Positions 21,366 through 31,187 of a DNA stretch of 64,000 nt are shown here, piece after piece. The notes below the pieces were generated by a model. It was not told the DNA's origin and made no database searches. It was given only the letters and a program-made list of their open reading frames with translations. This DNA is from an uncultured Bacilli bacterium (GTDB lineage: Bacteria; Bacillota_I; Bacilli_A; RF39; UBA660): the NCBI GenBank assembly GCA_944355255.1, contig CALVQD010000003.1, forward strand, positions 1,292 through 65,291. The letters run 5' to 3'. Made by a program: the position numbers and the translations under genes. The stretch's first letter is position 1. Each line of letters begins with the position of its first letter.

Positions 21366-21425
21366 CAAAGAAAAAAGAGATGATCTTTTTTCTTTTTGTG
21401 TTAAAATAACTTTGGGGGAGATATT

Positions 21426-22247
21426 ATGCCAGAATTACCAGAAGTGGAAACTGTAAGAAGAAGCTTAGAAAAACAGTTAAAAAATAGAACGATATTAAAT
21501 GTATCGGTTCATTATTCAAATATTATTGCTGAACCATCTGTTGAGATATTTAAAACTGATATAAAAAATCAAATGATTCATCAAATGAAACGATACGGGA
21601 AATGGTTGATTTTTGAATTAGATCAGTATTTCTTACTTTCTCATTTGAGAATGGAAGGAAAATATTTCTTTCGTACGAAAGAAGATCCAATTTCGAAACA
21701 TGAACATGTTATTTTTTATTTAGATGATGGGAGAGAATTAAGATATCATGATACGAGAAAATTCGGAAGAATGTATTTACTTCCGAAAGAGACTGCTTAT
21801 CAAGTACCACCTTTATCACAGTTAGGATTAGAACCATGGAGTGAATTACTCACGGTTTCTTATTTAAAAGAGAAGTATAAACATAAGACAATTCCGATTA
21901 AAACAAGTTTGTTAGATCAAAGTATTATTGTTGGTATTGGTAATATTTATGCGAATGAAATTTTATTTTTGAGTCATATTTCACCTCTTAGAAAAACAAA
22001 TCGGGTAACGAAAAAAGAGTTAGAATCGATTATTAATTATACTAGAAAAGTATTAAAAGAAGCGATTGATTTAGGTGGTAGTACGATTCGTAGTTATCAT
22101 CCTAGTGAAGGGGTAGATGGTATGTTTCAACAAAGATTATTTGTTCATGGAAAAGAAGGAGAACCATGTCCTATTTGTGAAAAGCCAATTCGAAAAAAAT
22201 TTATCAATGGACGTAGTAGTTATTACTGTACGAATTGTCAAAAATAA
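21426..22247 (+). CDS. mutM: formamidopyrimidine-DNA glycosylase
   Basis: N-terminal PELPEVE and a C-terminal zinc finger CPICEKP...CTNCQ. Confidence 0.9.
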   Translation: MPELPEVETVRRSLEKQLKNRTILNVSVHYSNIIAEPSVEIFKTDIKNQMIHQMKRYGKWLIFELDQYFLLSHLRMEGKYFFRTKEDPISKHEHVIFYLDDGRELRYHDTRKFGRMYLLPKETAYQVPPLSQLGLEPWSELLTVSYLKEKYKHKTIPIKTSLLDQSIIVGIGNIYANEILFLSHISPLRKTNRVTKKELESIINYTRKVLKEAIDLGGSTIRSYHPSEGVDGMFQQRLFVHGKEGEPCPICEKPIRKKFINGRSSYYCTNCQK

Positions 22248-22270
22248 GAACTACGGTTCTTTTTATTTTC
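22247..22270. terminator. bidirectional terminator
   Basis: Hairpin aagaactacggttctt followed by a T-run. Confidence 0.6.
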
Positions 22271-22952
22271 CATATTTTTTAAAATAGTATTCATCTAATG
22301 TTATTTTTTTATTAGTTAGATAGGTTGCTAATTCGATACCAACATATCGATAATGCCATGGTTCATATTTAAAACCAGTGATATCATATCCATCACTTGG
22401 ATATCTTAAAATGAAACCATATTCGTGGGCGTGTTTTTGCATCCATTCAAATTCTTTTGTGTCTTCAAACCGATTGTAATCACCATTTTCCCCCATGATA
22501 TCTAGCGCTAATCCTGTTTGGTGCTCTGAATGTCCTGGTCTTGCACTACATCGGTCAGCATAGTTTTTACCACTAGTTTTTACATAATAATTGTATAATT
22601 CTTCTTGATAGGAGTAACTGCGATATGCAGATACCAAGACAATTTGATATCCCTCTTTTTTAGCAATCGTTGCCATTTTTTCAAAAGCTATCTTTGCATC
22701 ATGACGTAAATACTTATGTTCATGGGAAAATTCAATATCAACTTCTTCTAAATCAGAAGGCATATAATCTTCTTCTAATCGATAGTTTTTATTGACCAAA
22801 GCATCTAGTCGTTCTGGATGTTTTACTGGTTTTATGTTTTTATAAAAGTCAGAAAATAAATTAAAGTCTTTGGTAAAGAAAACAATAACGAGAATAAATA
22901 GAACAATATAGACACAGATCCGAAACTTTTTTTCATTCATATGTTTCACCAT
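22263..22952 (-). CDS. D-alanyl-D-alanine carboxypeptidase, M15B (VanY-like), membrane-anchored
   Basis: N-terminal TM helix. VanY motifs SAYRSYSYQ and GHSEHQTGLALDI. Confidence 0.8.
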   Translation of the reverse strand: MVKHMNEKKFRICVYIVLFILVIVFFTKDFNLFSDFYKNIKPVKHPERLDALVNKNYRLEEDYMPSDLEEVDIEFSHEHKYLRHDAKIAFEKMATIAKKEGYQIVLVSAYRSYSYQEELYNYYVKTSGKNYADRCSARPGHSEHQTGLALDIMGENGDYNRFEDTKEFEWMQKHAHEYGFILRYPSDGYDITGFKYEPWHYRYVGIELATYLTNKKITLDEYYFKKYGK

Positions 22953-23013
22953 TATATTATATGCAAGGTTAGGAAAAGAAAGACTTGTCCATAAAAAAAG
23001 TGGGTAGTTCCCA

Positions 23014-23961
23014 CTATTTATCTAAGTAATAAGCATAATATTCATCGAAAGTAATATCTAAATCATGAATTTCTTTCGCAACTTCTTCTCCAACATAACG
23101 ATAATGCCAAGATTCATATTCGTAACCAGTAATATTTTCTTTTCCCTTTGGATATCTTAAAATAAATCCATATTTATAAGCATTATCTTGTAACCATTTA
23201 AATTCTTCTGTATTTTCAAATTCGTTCATAATTACATTATTTGTTACGATATCTAAAGCAAGTCCTGTTTCATGTTCACTAGAACCAGCTCTAGCAGCTT
23301 TATTGTCCGCCCATTCTTCTCCATTTGCTTCGGCATAATCTTTCCATACTGCATCTTGAGTTTCATAATCACGATAAGAAGAATTTACAATCAGTAATAA
23401 TCCTTCTTCTTTTGCTGCATTCCACATAGAACGATATCGTTCATAAACATGTTTACGAATTTCATTGTCTTCATAAGCAAATTGATTACTGATTGGAACA
23501 ATGTCATCTAGCTTGAAATCCTTTGTTAGTTTATAGTATTTATTAACGAGCATTAAATCTCCTTTTGAAGTATCAGTTTCTTGCATATCTTCATAAAAAT
23601 CACGATCGCGATTGACATTGACTAAACTGACCGCATCCTTGACAGATACTTCTGGATTATCTTTCAAATATGTTAAATAACGATCTAAATTTTTTTCTAA
23701 ATAATATTTTTGTTGTAACAGTTTTGGAATATTTGAATCCAAGGTTTTATCTTGAATTAATTCTTTTAATTTTTCTTTATCGTATTTCTCAATCAAAATA
23801 TTTGTTTCTGTTTCATTGTATCCAATTTTTAATAGTTTATAAGTATTACTCATGCGATAACGGATTTCTTTGAAAGCAAAAAAACCACCGACACCGATTA
23901 CAACAATTAAAATAGCTGCAATAATTGGACCTTTTTTAATTTTTCTTTTTGTACGATACAT
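23014..23961 (-). CDS. second M15B (VanY-like) D,D-carboxypeptidase with an N-terminal TM helix and an extra N-terminal domain
   Basis: Motifs SSYRDYETQ and GSSEHETGLALDI. Confidence 0.8.
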   Translation of the reverse strand: MYRTKRKIKKGPIIAAILIVVIGVGGFFAFKEIRYRMSNTYKLLKIGYNETETNILIEKYDKEKLKELIQDKTLDSNIPKLLQQKYYLEKNLDRYLTYLKDNPEVSVKDAVSLVNVNRDRDFYEDMQETDTSKGDLMLVNKYYKLTKDFKLDDIVPISNQFAYEDNEIRKHVYERYRSMWNAAKEEGLLLIVNSSYRDYETQDAVWKDYAEANGEEWADNKAARAGSSEHETGLALDIVTNNVIMNEFENTEEFKWLQDNAYKYGFILRYPKGKENITGYEYESWHYRYVGEEVAKEIHDLDITFDEYYAYYLDK

Positions 23962-24037
23962 ATCATCACCCTAATATCATTATAACCAAAAAAGTATGTT
24001 TTTACAATTCAGAATCAAGAAAATCAAAAGAAAATAT

Positions 24038-24895
24038 TTAAATTGGATTTACATGAATTACAACGAGATATATTTCTGGAAGTTTTTTTAGTTCATGTTC
24101 AATTTGATTTGCAATTTTATGAGATGCATAAGTTGTTAAATTTCCATCCACGTAAATCGTAAATGAGATTTGATATTGATAGCCAACCGGCGTTGCAATA
24201 AATTGTCCAATTCTTTTTACTTCTGGATATTGTTTTATCATTTTCACGACCTTATTTTTAGTTTCGCCTTCCATTGTTTTATCCATGAGTACATCATAGC
24301 TTTCTTTAAATATTTGTATTCCGTTCCATAAAATCCAAAAAGAAATTCCCACTCCAACAATTCCATCAATTGCGTAAATACCAAAGTTGATAGATATAAT
24401 GGCAAATAAATTTATGAGTGTAATCATCGCATCATATAGATGATCTTTAGCATTTGCTTTCAATAATAAACTGTTTAAGTTTTTAGAAAGGTGATTGGTA
24501 TAAAGGTATAGAAATAATTTTATGAGAATTGTAAGAATACAGACAACAACTAATAGATAAGAGAAAGTATATTCTTTTTTTATGAAAATAGACTGAAAAG
24601 AACTTCCCATAAAAGAAAAAGATAATACAATGAGTAAAATACTAATGAGTAGGGAATAAATATATTCTGCTTTGCCATGTCCTAGATTGTGATCTTGGTC
24701 GCGTGGTTTACTAGAAATTTTGTTTCCAATAAATGTCATCAGAGAGGATAGAATATCTCCTAGACTATTTATAGCATCTGCCATCATGGCTTGGCTAGAA
24801 GATAGTATCGATACGGCAAATTTTATAATAAATAATAGTAAGTTAAATCCCATTCCCAAATAACTCGCTAATTTTGTTGCTTGAAATTTTTCCAT
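24038..24895 (-). CDS. cation diffusion facilitator (CDF) family metal efflux transporter
   Basis: Six TM helices. HD motifs in TM2 and TM5 (DAINSLGD, HLYDAMITL). Confidence 0.8.
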   Translation of the reverse strand: MEKFQATKLASYLGMGFNLLLFIIKFAVSILSSSQAMMADAINSLGDILSSLMTFIGNKISSKPRDQDHNLGHGKAEYIYSLLISILLIVLSFSFMGSSFQSIFIKKEYTFSYLLVVVCILTILIKLFLYLYTNHLSKNLNSLLLKANAKDHLYDAMITLINLFAIISINFGIYAIDGIVGVGISFWILWNGIQIFKESYDVLMDKTMEGETKNKVVKMIKQYPEVKRIGQFIATPVGYQYQISFTIYVDGNLTTYASHKIANQIEHELKKLPEIYLVVIHVNPI

Positions 24896-25006
24896 CTTAT
24901 CAACCTCTATCTTATTCTTATTGTATCAAGTTATTTGTTTGATGGCAATTGTGAAATTTTGTTCTAGTTCCTCTGAAAAGATCATAAAACGTATTAGAGG
25001 TGAATT

Positions 25007-26155
25007 ATGAAAAAGGGATTTGTGCTTTTGTTAGGAATTTTGATTATGTTTCCATGGAGAGTGAAAGCACTCAATTTAGCAGAAAATGCCAAGAGTGCGA
25101 TTATGATAGAAGCGAGTACTGGAGAAATTATTTTTGAGAAGAATTCTCACGAGAAGTTAGCACCTGCTTCTATGACAAAAATGATGAGTATGTTGTTGAT
25201 TGTTGAAGCAATTGATCATGGTAATTTAAAGTGGGATCAAATGATTACAGTAAGTGAAAATGCATCCAGTATGGGTGGAAGTCAAATTTTATTGGAAACA
25301 GGAGAAAAAATGTCTGTCCAAGATTTATTTAAAGGAATTGCTGTTGCATCAGGGAATGATGCAGTGGTTGCCTTAGCAGAAGCTGTAGCAGGTACTGAAG
25401 AAGAATTTGTCAATCAGATGAATCAAAAGGCAAAAGATTTAGGACTAAATGACACCAACTTTAAAAATCCACATGGATTAGATACAGCAAATCACTATTC
25501 TAGTGCTTATGATATGGCGATGATTGCCAAAGAATTAGTTCGTCATGAAAAAGTGTTAGAATATACATCTATTTATGAAGATTATTTGCGTGAAGATCAA
25601 GAAAATAAAGTATGGTTGGTTAATACAAATAAATTAGTACGTTTTTATGACGGATTAGATGGATTAAAAACAGGTTATACGAAAGAAGCAGGATATTGTT
25701 TGACATCTACTGCCAAGCGTGGAGATACTAGATTTATCACAGTAGTTATGGGAGAACCTGATACAAAGACACGAAATAGTGAAACAACAAGTATGTTAGA
25801 TTATGCATTTAGTCAGTATGCGACAGAAAAATTATTGGATACAAATAGTGTTGTTGGTGCTGTACGTGTTGAAAAAGGAAAGAAAGATACCGTCAAATTA
25901 GTACCAATGGAAGATGTAACTGTATTAAATAAAAAAGTTGGTCAAAAGAAAAATGCAGATTATGAAGTGAAAATGAAAAATTTAACGGCTCCTGTAAAGA
26001 AAGGAGACGAAGTAGGAGAGTTAATTCTAAAAGTAGATGGAGAAGAACAGAGAAAAATTCCATTAACAGTTAATCAGACAATTGAAAAAGCAAATTTGTT
26101 AGAAGTATATTTGAATCATATTAAATCTATGTTAGGTGGAGATTTAGAAATATAG
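25007..26155 (+). CDS. dacA: D-alanyl-D-alanine carboxypeptidase (PBP5-type, S11 family)
   Basis: Signal peptide. SMTK (SxxK), SGN and KTG motifs. Confidence 0.9.
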   Translation: MKKGFVLLLGILIMFPWRVKALNLAENAKSAIMIEASTGEIIFEKNSHEKLAPASMTKMMSMLLIVEAIDHGNLKWDQMITVSENASSMGGSQILLETGEKMSVQDLFKGIAVASGNDAVVALAEAVAGTEEEFVNQMNQKAKDLGLNDTNFKNPHGLDTANHYSSAYDMAMIAKELVRHEKVLEYTSIYEDYLREDQENKVWLVNTNKLVRFYDGLDGLKTGYTKEAGYCLTSTAKRGDTRFITVVMGEPDTKTRNSETTSMLDYAFSQYATEKLLDTNSVVGAVRVEKGKKDTVKLVPMEDVTVLNKKVGQKKNADYEVKMKNLTAPVKKGDEVGELILKVDGEEQRKIPLTVNQTIEKANLLEVYLNHIKSMLGGDLEI

Positions 26156-26184
26156 AAGCATTTTATTGGCTTCTTCAAATTATT

Positions 26185-26223
26185 GACAAATAGGTTAATA
26201 TTGAAACTTATTTGTCTTTTTTT
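26185..26223 (+). terminator. rho-independent terminator after dacA
   Basis: Twelve-bp stem gacaaataggtt/aacttatttgtc (with one G-U pair) followed by a T-run. Confidence 0.65.
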
Positions 26224-26260
26224 AGTTGAGTTCGTAGGATTATAACTTATAAAAAAATTG

Positions 26261-26290
26261 ACAGGAATGGCAGGTTCTAGATATTATATA
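26261..26290 (+). promoter_or_regulatory. candidate promoter (TTGACA, 17 nt spacer, TATTAT) for the ABC-F gene
   Basis: Hexamers read from the sequence. Confidence 0.5.
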
Positions 26291-26303
26291 TTTAAAGTGA
26301 TTC

Positions 26304-26333
26304 ATGAGAAAAAGAACTTTAATAACAAGGTAA
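26304..26333 (+). other. 9-codon upstream ORF (MRKRTLITR) in the ABC-F leader; candidate regulatory leader peptide
   Basis: ATG..TAA lying between the predicted promoter and the ABC-F start. No clear SD. Confidence 0.25.
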
Positions 26334-26373
26334 AAAGACCGTTTAATTTTTATTATACTAGGAGCGTGATATT

Positions 26374-27924
26374 ATGTTGGAATTAAATAATGTATATTTA
26401 ACATTAAAACCGGATAATCGCCCACTTGTTAAGAATTTTTCATACGTATTGTCACAAGGAGATAAAACAGCTATTATTGGTGAAGAGGGTAATGGGAAAA
26501 GTACATTACTTAAATTCATCTATGATTCTTCTTTAGTAGAAGGATATTGTACTTTTCAAGGAGAAGTTATTACCAACCACTATAAAATTGGATATTTACA
26601 ACAATTTTTAGATCCAAAATGGAATCAGGATTCTGTTCTTAATTATTTTTTAAAAAATAGTCCAGAAGAAGAAATAGATTATGAAAAGTATAATTTATTT
26701 GGAGAACTTTTAAAAATGCTTGCTAAAATGGGACTGAGCGAGGATATTTTAGAAGAAAATTATTTAATTTCTTATTTATCAGGAGGAGAAAAGGTAAAAC
26801 TTCAGTTATGTAAGCTCTTGCTGGAAAAAAATGATATTTTATTATTGGACGAACCTACTAACGATTTAGATATCGACACTTTAAGTTGGTTAGAAAATTT
26901 TATTTTAGATACGAAACAACCAATTATCTTTGTTTCTCATGATGAAACTTTACTTGAAAATACAGCTAATACTATTATTCATTTGGAACAATTAAAGAAA
27001 AAAAGTGATTCTAGTTATGTGATTGCTAAAATGGGATATAAGGAGTATGTTGAAACTAGATTAAGAAAAATAGAAAATCAAAATCAACAAGCTGGTAATG
27101 AACTTCGTAATTATAAATCTGAAATTCAAACTTTAAAACAAATAAAAAATAAAGTTCAACTTGCGAATCCTGGTCGTACAAATCGTATGAATTCATTACT
27201 TGCTCAAGAAAAGAAGTTAGACGAAAGAACATTAACACATAAGGCGGATGTTGAAGAAGCAATAAATATTAAATTTCATCCAGATGTTTCTATTCCAAAT
27301 GGCAAAATGGTATTAGATTTAGAATTGAATGATTTAAAAGTAGACAATAAAGTACTTGCGAAAGATGTTTCTTTATTTGTTCAAGGACCTGAACATATTG
27401 TTATTGTTGGACAAAATGGTGCTGGAAAGACTACATTAATAAAATCAATCTATGATGTGTTAAAAATACGAAATGATATTCGCTTAGGATATATGCCACA
27501 AAATTACGATGATATTCTTAATTCTAATCAAAAAGCAATTGACTTTTTACAGACAGAAAAGTTTTCGGAAAGTTATATTAGATCTTTTATGGGAAATATG
27601 AAGTTTACTAGTGATGAAATGTTTTCTCTTATTAAAGAATTATCTGGTGGACAAAAGGCGAAGTTATTATTGATGAAAATGATTTTAGATGATTGTAATG
27701 TTTTATTATTAGATGAGCCAACAAGAAATTTGAGTCCTTTATCGAATCCTATTATTAGAGATATTTTAACTAATTACCATGGAGCTATTATTAGTGTCTC
27801 TCATGATAGAAAATATATAAATGAAGTGTGTCAAACAGCTTATTGGTTTGATGAGTGTGGACTGATACAAATAAATATAGATGATGCAGTGAAAGGTAAA
27901 AAGCCAAAAACTCTATCTAAATAA
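26374..27924 (+). CDS. ABC-F family ATPase (two tandem ABC domains, no TMD)
   Basis: Two Walker A/signature/Walker B sets (GEEGNGKST, LSGGEKVKL, LLLDEP; GQNGAGKTT, LSGGQKAKL, LLLDEP) separated by a charged linker of about 80 aa. Confidence 0.9.
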   Translation: MLELNNVYLTLKPDNRPLVKNFSYVLSQGDKTAIIGEEGNGKSTLLKFIYDSSLVEGYCTFQGEVITNHYKIGYLQQFLDPKWNQDSVLNYFLKNSPEEEIDYEKYNLFGELLKMLAKMGLSEDILEENYLISYLSGGEKVKLQLCKLLLEKNDILLLDEPTNDLDIDTLSWLENFILDTKQPIIFVSHDETLLENTANTIIHLEQLKKKSDSSYVIAKMGYKEYVETRLRKIENQNQQAGNELRNYKSEIQTLKQIKNKVQLANPGRTNRMNSLLAQEKKLDERTLTHKADVEEAINIKFHPDVSIPNGKMVLDLELNDLKVDNKVLAKDVSLFVQGPEHIVIVGQNGAGKTTLIKSIYDVLKIRNDIRLGYMPQNYDDILNSNQKAIDFLQTEKFSESYIRSFMGNMKFTSDEMFSLIKELSGGQKAKLLLMKMILDDCNVLLLDEPTRNLSPLSNPIIRDILTNYHGAIISVSHDRKYINEVCQTAYWFDECGLIQINIDDAVKGKKPKTLSK

Positions 27925-27953
27925 TATTTATTATAAAAATATTTAACTGTAAT

Positions 27954-27976
27954 AGAAGCGAAAGCTTCTTTTTTTA
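27954..27976 (+). terminator. rho-independent terminator
   Basis: Hairpin agaagcgaaagcttct followed by a T-run. Confidence 0.65.
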
Positions 27977-28037
27977 AAATATCACATCCAGAAACAAAAA
28001 AATATGATACAATATTGCTAGGGTAGGAGTGTGTGAT

Positions 28038-28691
28038 ATGAAGAGAAAAAGAGGGTTTCGTAATTGGATACAAGCTGGATGTGTTTTTATAGTCTTGACA
28101 GTAGGTGGATACTTGTTATTTGCAAATATTTTTCACGTAATTTCGTTAAATGGAAGAAAACAAATTTCTTTAAAAGATACATCTTATCAAGTTGCAGCGG
28201 ATTTATTACAAGAGTTATCAGATAAAAATAAACAATTAGAAGCAGTAACACAAACAGAGTTATTTCTAGAAGAGGAATTGACACAGTTAAAAAATTATTT
28301 AAATCGGGTAGAAGTTTTGATGCAGCAGTCTGATTATTGGAATTATGATCATATGATTGTCAGTGATGTTAATGTATATCAGTATTTGACTATGACAAAA
28401 GAAATGATACCAGATTCGAAATCTATGAGTGCAATTCATTCTCTTTTTCAAAATAAATCGTACCATGGAATTTCTCTCTATGATTTATTTGGAGAAAAGA
28501 TATTAGCATATGATAGTTATGCGGACTATGAATTAATGAGACTACAAGATAATGATCATTATTATATTGATTTAAAAACAGATGAGAAACTAACGCAAAC
28601 ACTTACTTTTGCACAAAGTTATGTGATACAAGTATTGGAAGATCATATTCAATTTGCTAATTTTCTATTGGAAGATGGAGGTGCTATATGA
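28038..28691 (+). CDS. hypothetical membrane-anchored protein
   Basis: N-terminal TM helix. No motif. Confidence 0.45.
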   Translation: MKRKRGFRNWIQAGCVFIVLTVGGYLLFANIFHVISLNGRKQISLKDTSYQVAADLLQELSDKNKQLEAVTQTELFLEEELTQLKNYLNRVEVLMQQSDYWNYDHMIVSDVNVYQYLTMTKEMIPDSKSMSAIHSLFQNKSYHGISLYDLFGEKILAYDSYADYELMRLQDNDHYYIDLKTDEKLTQTLTFAQSYVIQVLEDHIQFANFLLEDGGAI

Positions 28692-29131
28692 GAAAAGCAC
28701 TTTATCATGGCAGAAATATATTGTTTTTTGTCGTAACGGTTTTGTTTATTATTAGTTTTTCTAATATTTTAAGTGGAAATTTTAATCGTATCAGTTTGCC
28801 AAATATGTTGTCACTTTACATTTATTTGGTATTAAATTTATTTTTTGTAGGATATTTATTGATCGAATATATGTTGCATTTAAAAACAGTGGATGATAAT
28901 CGTTTTCATATTTTATTTATTTTTGTTCACTTTTTAATGATTATTGTATATATACGTACTTATTTTGATACAAGTATGGTATCTGTATATCTCAATCAAT
29001 TAGGAGAAATGCAATATCTTGGATTAAATACAAATTTTTTGTTAGATAATATGGTATATTTTGATATTGCTTATGTTGCATTATTGATTTATATGTTGGT
29101 AAATTGTACCAAAAAGAAGAAACAGGCATAG
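28688..29131 (+). CDS. hypothetical polytopic membrane protein
   Basis: Overlaps upstream gene at ATGA. Four hydrophobic helices. Confidence 0.45.
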   Translation: MRKALYHGRNILFFVVTVLFIISFSNILSGNFNRISLPNMLSLYIYLVLNLFFVGYLLIEYMLHLKTVDDNRFHILFIFVHFLMIIVYIRTYFDTSMVSVYLNQLGEMQYLGLNTNFLLDNMVYFDIAYVALLIYMLVNCTKKKKQA

Positions 29132-29230
29132 TCTATTTTTTCTTTTTTTAACATAAATTATAGATGAACTTGCAAAAAAAACGATTTTGTGGTAGAGTAG
29201 TAACCATTCAAAAAGAAGGGGGAGTCTTTT

Positions 29231-30511
29231 ATGAAAAGATTAAGAAATTCAAAATTATGTAAATGGGTATTATTTACATTCGTATTATTCATGATTCCGA
29301 TGTTTGCAAATGCGAAAACTGCACCAGCAACATTAAAGATCAGTGGAAATGCACCATGGACAAAAGCATACTTAGAACCAGGGTTGTTTTATGCTCAAAA
29401 CTATTTAAGTGATGGTAGAGTAGCATACTGTTTGGAATACCAAGTTGATAACCCAACAGGTTTGACAGTATCAAAAATTGAAAAATTAGACAAAGGATAT
29501 CAATATATCATTGAAAATGGATATCCAAATAAAAGTATCACTGGAAATACAGCAAAAGACACTTATATTACACAGATTGCAATTTATTGGTATGGAGACC
29601 GTCTTGCTGGAGTTCCAGATGGAAAAGATGGAATGCTTCCAGCATATTACAAACAAAATCCTACCGATCCAGAAAATGTAAAACCAAAAATTGAAGCATT
29701 AGTAAAAGGAGCAGTATCTGCTCGTAAGACAAGTGATCCAAAAGCAAGTATTAGTGCTTCTGCAAATCAAAAGATGAACTTCTCAGAAGATAAAAAATAC
29801 TTTGTTTCTTCTTTGGTTACTGTAACTGGAAGTTCTAATATGACATCATATAAAGTAAATATTACATCTGGTTCACAAAAAGCAGTAATTTATAATGAAA
29901 GTGGAGAACCACAATCTACTTTTGAACCAGGTGAAAAATTCTATATTCGTGTTCCTATTGAGGAACTAGAAAATAAAGAATCAGTGAATGTAAAAATCAC
30001 AGGTACTTTTGTAAATAAAGTATTATATTCTTATTCAGCAGGTTCTTCTTATCAGACGATTACACCACCTGAAACTTATGAAGAAGAAATAACAGATAGT
30101 ACAACTGTTTCATTCTATCCAAGTTATGGAAAGATTACGATTATTAAAAAGGATGCAACAACGAAAGAACCATTAGCTGGAGCAAAATTAGTTTTAAAAG
30201 ATTCTGATGGAAATATCGTAGCAGAATGGACAACAACCGAAGAAGCGTATACGATTGATTACTTACCATTCGGAGAATATACTTTAGAAGAAGTAAGTGC
30301 ACCATCTGATTATGTTTTAAGTAAAGAAGTCATTCACATTACAATTTCAGAAGATACTCCTGAACAGGAAACAGTTATGTATAACCAACCATATGTAGAA
30401 GTTCCTGATACTTCTGTAAAAAGTTCAACTGTAATTACAGTGATGGGATTTGTCATTCTTACACTAGGGGCTGGAACAATTTATGCGACTAAGAAAAAAC
30501 ATTCTAAATAA
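29231..30511 (+). CDS. cell-surface adhesin with a putative N-terminal thioester-like domain, a CnaB-type domain and a C-terminal sorting signal
   Basis: Signal peptide with ANA cleavage site. AYCLEYQ (Cys motif) and YITQIAIYW (TQxA.W-like Gln motif). CnaB signature GAKLVLKDSDGNIVAEWTTTEEAYTIDYLPFGEYTLEEVSAPSDYVL. C-terminal VPDTS, hydrophobic stretch, then KKKHSK. Confidence 0.6.
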   Translation: MKRLRNSKLCKWVLFTFVLFMIPMFANAKTAPATLKISGNAPWTKAYLEPGLFYAQNYLSDGRVAYCLEYQVDNPTGLTVSKIEKLDKGYQYIIENGYPNKSITGNTAKDTYITQIAIYWYGDRLAGVPDGKDGMLPAYYKQNPTDPENVKPKIEALVKGAVSARKTSDPKASISASANQKMNFSEDKKYFVSSLVTVTGSSNMTSYKVNITSGSQKAVIYNESGEPQSTFEPGEKFYIRVPIEELENKESVNVKITGTFVNKVLYSYSAGSSYQTITPPETYEEEITDSTTVSFYPSYGKITIIKKDATTKEPLAGAKLVLKDSDGNIVAEWTTTEEAYTIDYLPFGEYTLEEVSAPSDYVLSKEVIHITISEDTPEQETVMYNQPYVEVPDTSVKSSTVITVMGFVILTLGAGTIYATKKKHSK

Positions 30512-31169
30512 AAAAAGCCATTGCCTCGTCTTTGGCTTTTTCCTATTTTGTCTTGGATTATACCTTTTCTCTTATTCTTATATTACGAATAAACGTCAAG
30601 AGATTTTTGATAGTATGAATTTCAAATTATATGAACAAGGGAATCAAGGAGAGTCTAAAGAAGAGATTGATGTCCCAGAAATTACAGTGGCAGAAGAGAC
30701 AGATAATAAAGCGGTAACAGAAGTAATAGAGGATGATGGTGTTGTTGCTCCTGAATATAAAGATAATGCCAATTATATAGGAACCATTACAATTCCAAAA
30801 ATTAATTTAAAAGCAGGTTTTGTATCGATGGATTCGAAAGAAAATGACGTTGATAAACATGTTGCAATTATGCCAACTAGTACTTATCCAGATGTTGCTT
30901 CCGGAAACTTCATATTAGCAGCTCATTCTGGTCGTGGAAAAATCGCATATTTTAATGATTTATATCAATTAAGTGTAGGAGATACAGCAGTAATCGAATA
31001 TCAAGGCAAAAACTATACTTATCAAATTGTGAATATCTATCAAGAAGCCAAAACTGGTAAAGTAGCAATTTATCGTGATTTTAATAAAACAACATTAACA
31101 TTAATTACATGTACTAATAACAATAGTAAAACACAGACAATATATATCGCAGAACTCATAAACGGATAA
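30483..31169 (+). CDS. sortase (small, membrane-anchored)
   Basis: N-terminal TM helix, LAAHS (His) and TLITC (Cys) active-site motifs. Overlaps the adhesin stop. Confidence 0.75.
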   Translation: MRLRKNILNKKSHCLVFGFFLFCLGLYLFSYSYITNKRQEIFDSMNFKLYEQGNQGESKEEIDVPEITVAEETDNKAVTEVIEDDGVVAPEYKDNANYIGTITIPKINLKAGFVSMDSKENDVDKHVAIMPTSTYPDVASGNFILAAHSGRGKIAYFNDLYQLSVGDTAVIEYQGKNYTYQIVNIYQEAKTGKVAIYRDFNKTTLTLITCTNNNSKTQTIYIAELING

Positions 31170-31187
31170 AAAAAGGGGGTGGGAGTT

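Noticed and set aside
23670-23873. Plus-strand ORF inside the M15B carboxypeptidase gene
   Set aside because: Antisense shadow ORF.
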